Origin: Elusimicrobiota bacterium | Lineage (GTDB): Bacteria > Elusimicrobiota > Elusimicrobia > Elusimicrobiales > UBA9959 | NCBI GenBank assembly: GCA_027340875.1 | Contig: DAIENX010000024.1 | Span: 1 to 48,796, forward strand | Length of the DNA: 48,796 nucleotides | Reading direction: 5' to 3' | Part shown: one piece after another, positions 46,531 through 48,796 of the stretch | Numbering within the stretch: the stretch's first letter is position 1 | Layout of the letters: every line of letters starts with the position of its first letter | Program-made: the position numbers and the translations under genes | Notes under the pieces: model-generated | The model's database searches: none | The model's input: the letters and a program-made list of their open reading frames with translations, nothing else | Told to the model about the DNA's origin: nothing

Positions 46531-47532
46531 TCATCTGGTCCCGGTGATCTCGTAGGCGAGCTGCCTTATCACCAGGGCCGGGTCGCGCCTTGAGGTGGAC
46601 TTCAGCAGCTCCTCGGCCTCCAGGCAGCGGCGCAGCGAGCGCAGCAGCTTGTCCTCCGCGAACCTGTCGGCGTCCTTCATGGCCGCGTGATACTGGCCCG
46701 GCGACATCCCCGCCTGATAGGCCGTGGCCGGGCCGCCGCCGGCCGCTGAAAGCCTCTTCACCTTGAGAAGCCTTTCCAGCGCCCGCGAGATCTGCGAGAG
46801 CAGGGCCAGCGGTTCCGAGCCGGCGTCCAGCATCTTCGTCACGGCCTGCGCCGCCCCGGCCGCGTCGCGCCTGCAGACGGAGTTGGAAAGCTCGAAAGGG
46901 TTCTGTACCCGCGCGAAGCCGGTCAGGGCCAGCGCGTCGTCGGGTCCGAATATCCTGTCCTGGCCGTGCATGTAGAGGGCGGCCTTCTCGGCCTCGCCGT
47001 CAAGGGTGACGGAGTCGGTTCCCACCAGTTCCACCATCAGGTCCAGCGCGTCGCGGTCGGTCTTGATGCTTCTGGCCAGCAGGGCCGAGTTGAGCCTTTC
47101 GGCCGCCTGGGCCGGGGTGAGGGGCGAGAAGTCCACCAGGGCGCAGTCTTTGCCCAGCGCCGCCGGGATAGGGTCCTGCTTCTCGCGGGGCCAGTCCGCC
47201 AGCAGCAGCAGGGTCGCGCTCGGGCAGGGGTCCTCCAGGTAGGACAGCACCTGGCCAAGAGGGTCTTTTCTGAGCTTTTCCGCGCGCTTTATGGCCACGA
47301 AGCGTGTCTCTGCCAACATCGGGGCGGTGCGCGCCTCGTCGAGGGCCTGGGCCACGTCGGACGTCTCCGCGTCCCGTACCGAGAAATTGAAGGATTCCGG
47401 CTTGAACGCTTCCTGCAGCCGGCGGAGGGCGGCCTCCTTCATCGCCGCCTCCTCGCCGCAGAGGTAGTAGACCGGCCGGGTCTTGCCGGCGGCCCATTCC
47501 TCGGCCAGGGCCCTGGGGGTGAGCGTCTGCAT
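46531..47532 (-). CDS. holA: DNA polymerase III subunit delta
   Basis: PVYYLCGEE, EAEKAALY, NPFELS. Follows leuS-lptE in the conserved order. Confidence 0.9.
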   Translation of the reverse strand: MQTLTPRALAEEWAAGKTRPVYYLCGEEAAMKEAALRRLQEAFKPESFNFSVRDAETSDVAQALDEARTAPMLAETRFVAIKRAEKLRKDPLGQVLSYLEDPCPSATLLLLADWPREKQDPIPAALGKDCALVDFSPLTPAQAAERLNSALLARSIKTDRDALDLMVELVGTDSVTLDGEAEKAALYMHGQDRIFGPDDALALTGFARVQNPFELSNSVCRRDAAGAAQAVTKMLDAGSEPLALLSQISRALERLLKVKRLSAAGGGPATAYQAGMSPGQYHAAMKDADRFAEDKLLRSLRRCLEAEELLKSTSRRDPALVIRQLAYEITGTR

Positions 47533-48116
47533 CAGGGTATGGCCGGCTGCTGCGCCGCCTCTCCGGCGTTGGGGACCCTCTTCTGCGAGGTGCTGGAGAC
47601 GGAGCCGAAGCCCTGCACGGTGCGCAGCACGATGTCCTTGGCGAGTATCTCCCAGAGCGCCTCGCGGGCCTGCTCCTCGGTCAGGCCGCCGGGCAGGTTG
47701 GCGGCGGAGTACATCTTGGTCACCTGCAGCGCCGGTTCCTCCCACAGGTAGCGGTTGTACTCCTTGTCCAGCAGCCGCACCGAGGCTATCACGTTGAGCT
47801 TGTAGACGGTAGGCACGAGGTTCACGTCGTACTGTATCGGGGTGAGGATGTAGTGGGTTATCTCGCCCACTATCACGCCCTGCGCCGAGCTCTCGGGGGC
47901 GATGGAGTATTCCCCGTTCTTCAGGAACTCGTCTATGACCTTGAGCGTGATCTTCTCCTCGAGGCCGAACTGCTGCGTCTTGTTGGCGAAGGGACGCACG
48001 GCTATCTGCTTGATATGCTCCGGCAGCTTCTGCTCGGCCGGCCGGTAGATGATGTCAGGCGACGAGGCGCAGGCGGCGAGCCCCGCCAGAGAAGCAAGTA
48101 ACAGCAGTTTCTTCAT
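47532..48116 (-). CDS. lptE: LPS-assembly lipoprotein LptE-like
   Basis: Lipobox LAAC, IAVRPFANKT..GLE. Located between leuS and holA. Confidence 0.8.
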   Translation of the reverse strand: MKKLLLLASLAGLAACASSPDIIYRPAEQKLPEHIKQIAVRPFANKTQQFGLEEKITLKVIDEFLKNGEYSIAPESSAQGVIVGEITHYILTPIQYDVNLVPTVYKLNVIASVRLLDKEYNRYLWEEPALQVTKMYSAANLPGGLTEEQAREALWEILAKDIVLRTVQGFGSVSSTSQKRVPNAGEAAQQPAIP

Positions 48117-48135
48117 ACTTTAACCCCCGGTTCCC

Positions 48136-48796
48136 CTACTTTATGACTATGCTGACCAGCCGGCCGGGCACCACTATCGTCTTCACGATGGTCTTGCCGG
48201 CCGTGTGGGGCGCCGCGGCCTCGAGGGCCAGGCGCTTTATCTCGTCCTGAGTCGTCGTTTCCTTGACGTGCAGCTTTTCCTTGATCTTGCCGTTGACCTG
48301 CACGGGTATCTCCAGTTCGCGCGACGCGATGACGGCCTTGTCGGCCGCGGGCCACGCTTGCTTCATAAGCGTGCCCTGTCCGCCGGAAACCTCCCAGAGC
48401 TCGTCGGTGATGTGCGGCGCGAAAGGGTGCAGCAGGGCGAGGAAAGTCTCGAAGTCCGCGCGCGCGGTCTCCTTCTGCTCTGTCAGCCGGTTCAGGTAGA
48501 TCATCAGCGCGGAGATGGCGGTGTTGAACTTGAGCGCCTCTATGTCCGCGCCGACTTTTTCTATCGTCTGGTGGCGCAGTATCAGGTCCTGGCCGGAGAC
48601 TTCGTGGTCGGTCAGCGCGGAGTGGCGCTCCAGACCCCAGGCGTAGGCGCGCTTCAGGAAGCGGTTGACGCCCTCTATGCCGCGTATGTTCCACGGCTTG
48701 GTGTCCTCCAGCGGGCCCATGAACATCTCGTAGAGGCGGAACGGGTCGGCGCCGTAGCGCTCGAGCACCTCGTCCGGGTTTATCACGTTCTTCTTG
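48136..48796 (-). CDS. leuS: Leucine--tRNA ligase, 3' part (runs off the window end)
   Basis: KNVINPD..YGAD..RLYEMFMGP, FNTAISALM, PFAPHITDELW, VQVNGK. Confidence 0.95.
   Translation of the reverse strand, partial: KKNVINPDEVLERYGADPFRLYEMFMGPLEDTKPWNIRGIEGVNRFLKRAYAWGLERHSALTDHEVSGQDLILRHQTIEKVGADIEALKFNTAISALMIYLNRLTEQKETARADFETFLALLHPFAPHITDELWEVSGGQGTLMKQAWPAADKAVIASRELEIPVQVNGKIKEKLHVKETTTQDEIKRLALEAAAPHTAGKTIVKTIVVPGRLVSIVIK

Overview
High-GC bacterial chromosomal window, probably Elusimicrobiota (inferred from the S20 N-terminus and the style of the secreted proteins; not confirmed by a search). The flanks hold ordinary genes. Left: flippase 3' end, a C11 peptidase, an ABC pair, PAP2, a TraF-like barrel, a hydrolase, surE, DUF481 and two receivers. 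Right: ogt, uvrC, murJ, rpsT and holA-lptE-leuS. Between them is a ~31 kb block (11218-42467) of + strand genes, mostly predicted secreted proteins. Three patterns stand out in this block. (1) Seven genes share an N-terminal leader ending in HIP[S/T/A]DLRDA, fused to unrelated cargo domains, and the leaders look recombined with each other. (2) Six intergenic regions carry one ~118-bp promoter-like element with nearly invariant spacing: AAAA..TTT, GCGTAAGYC-N4-GGGCA, CAKGC, then a -10 hexamer. (3) Four paralogous HTH-regulator units occur once as a fusion and once as a split pair. Orphan gene fragments, an IS4 remnant and REP/MITE-like hairpins point to active module turnover. No rRNA, tRNA, CRISPR array, integrase or reverse transcriptase was seen.
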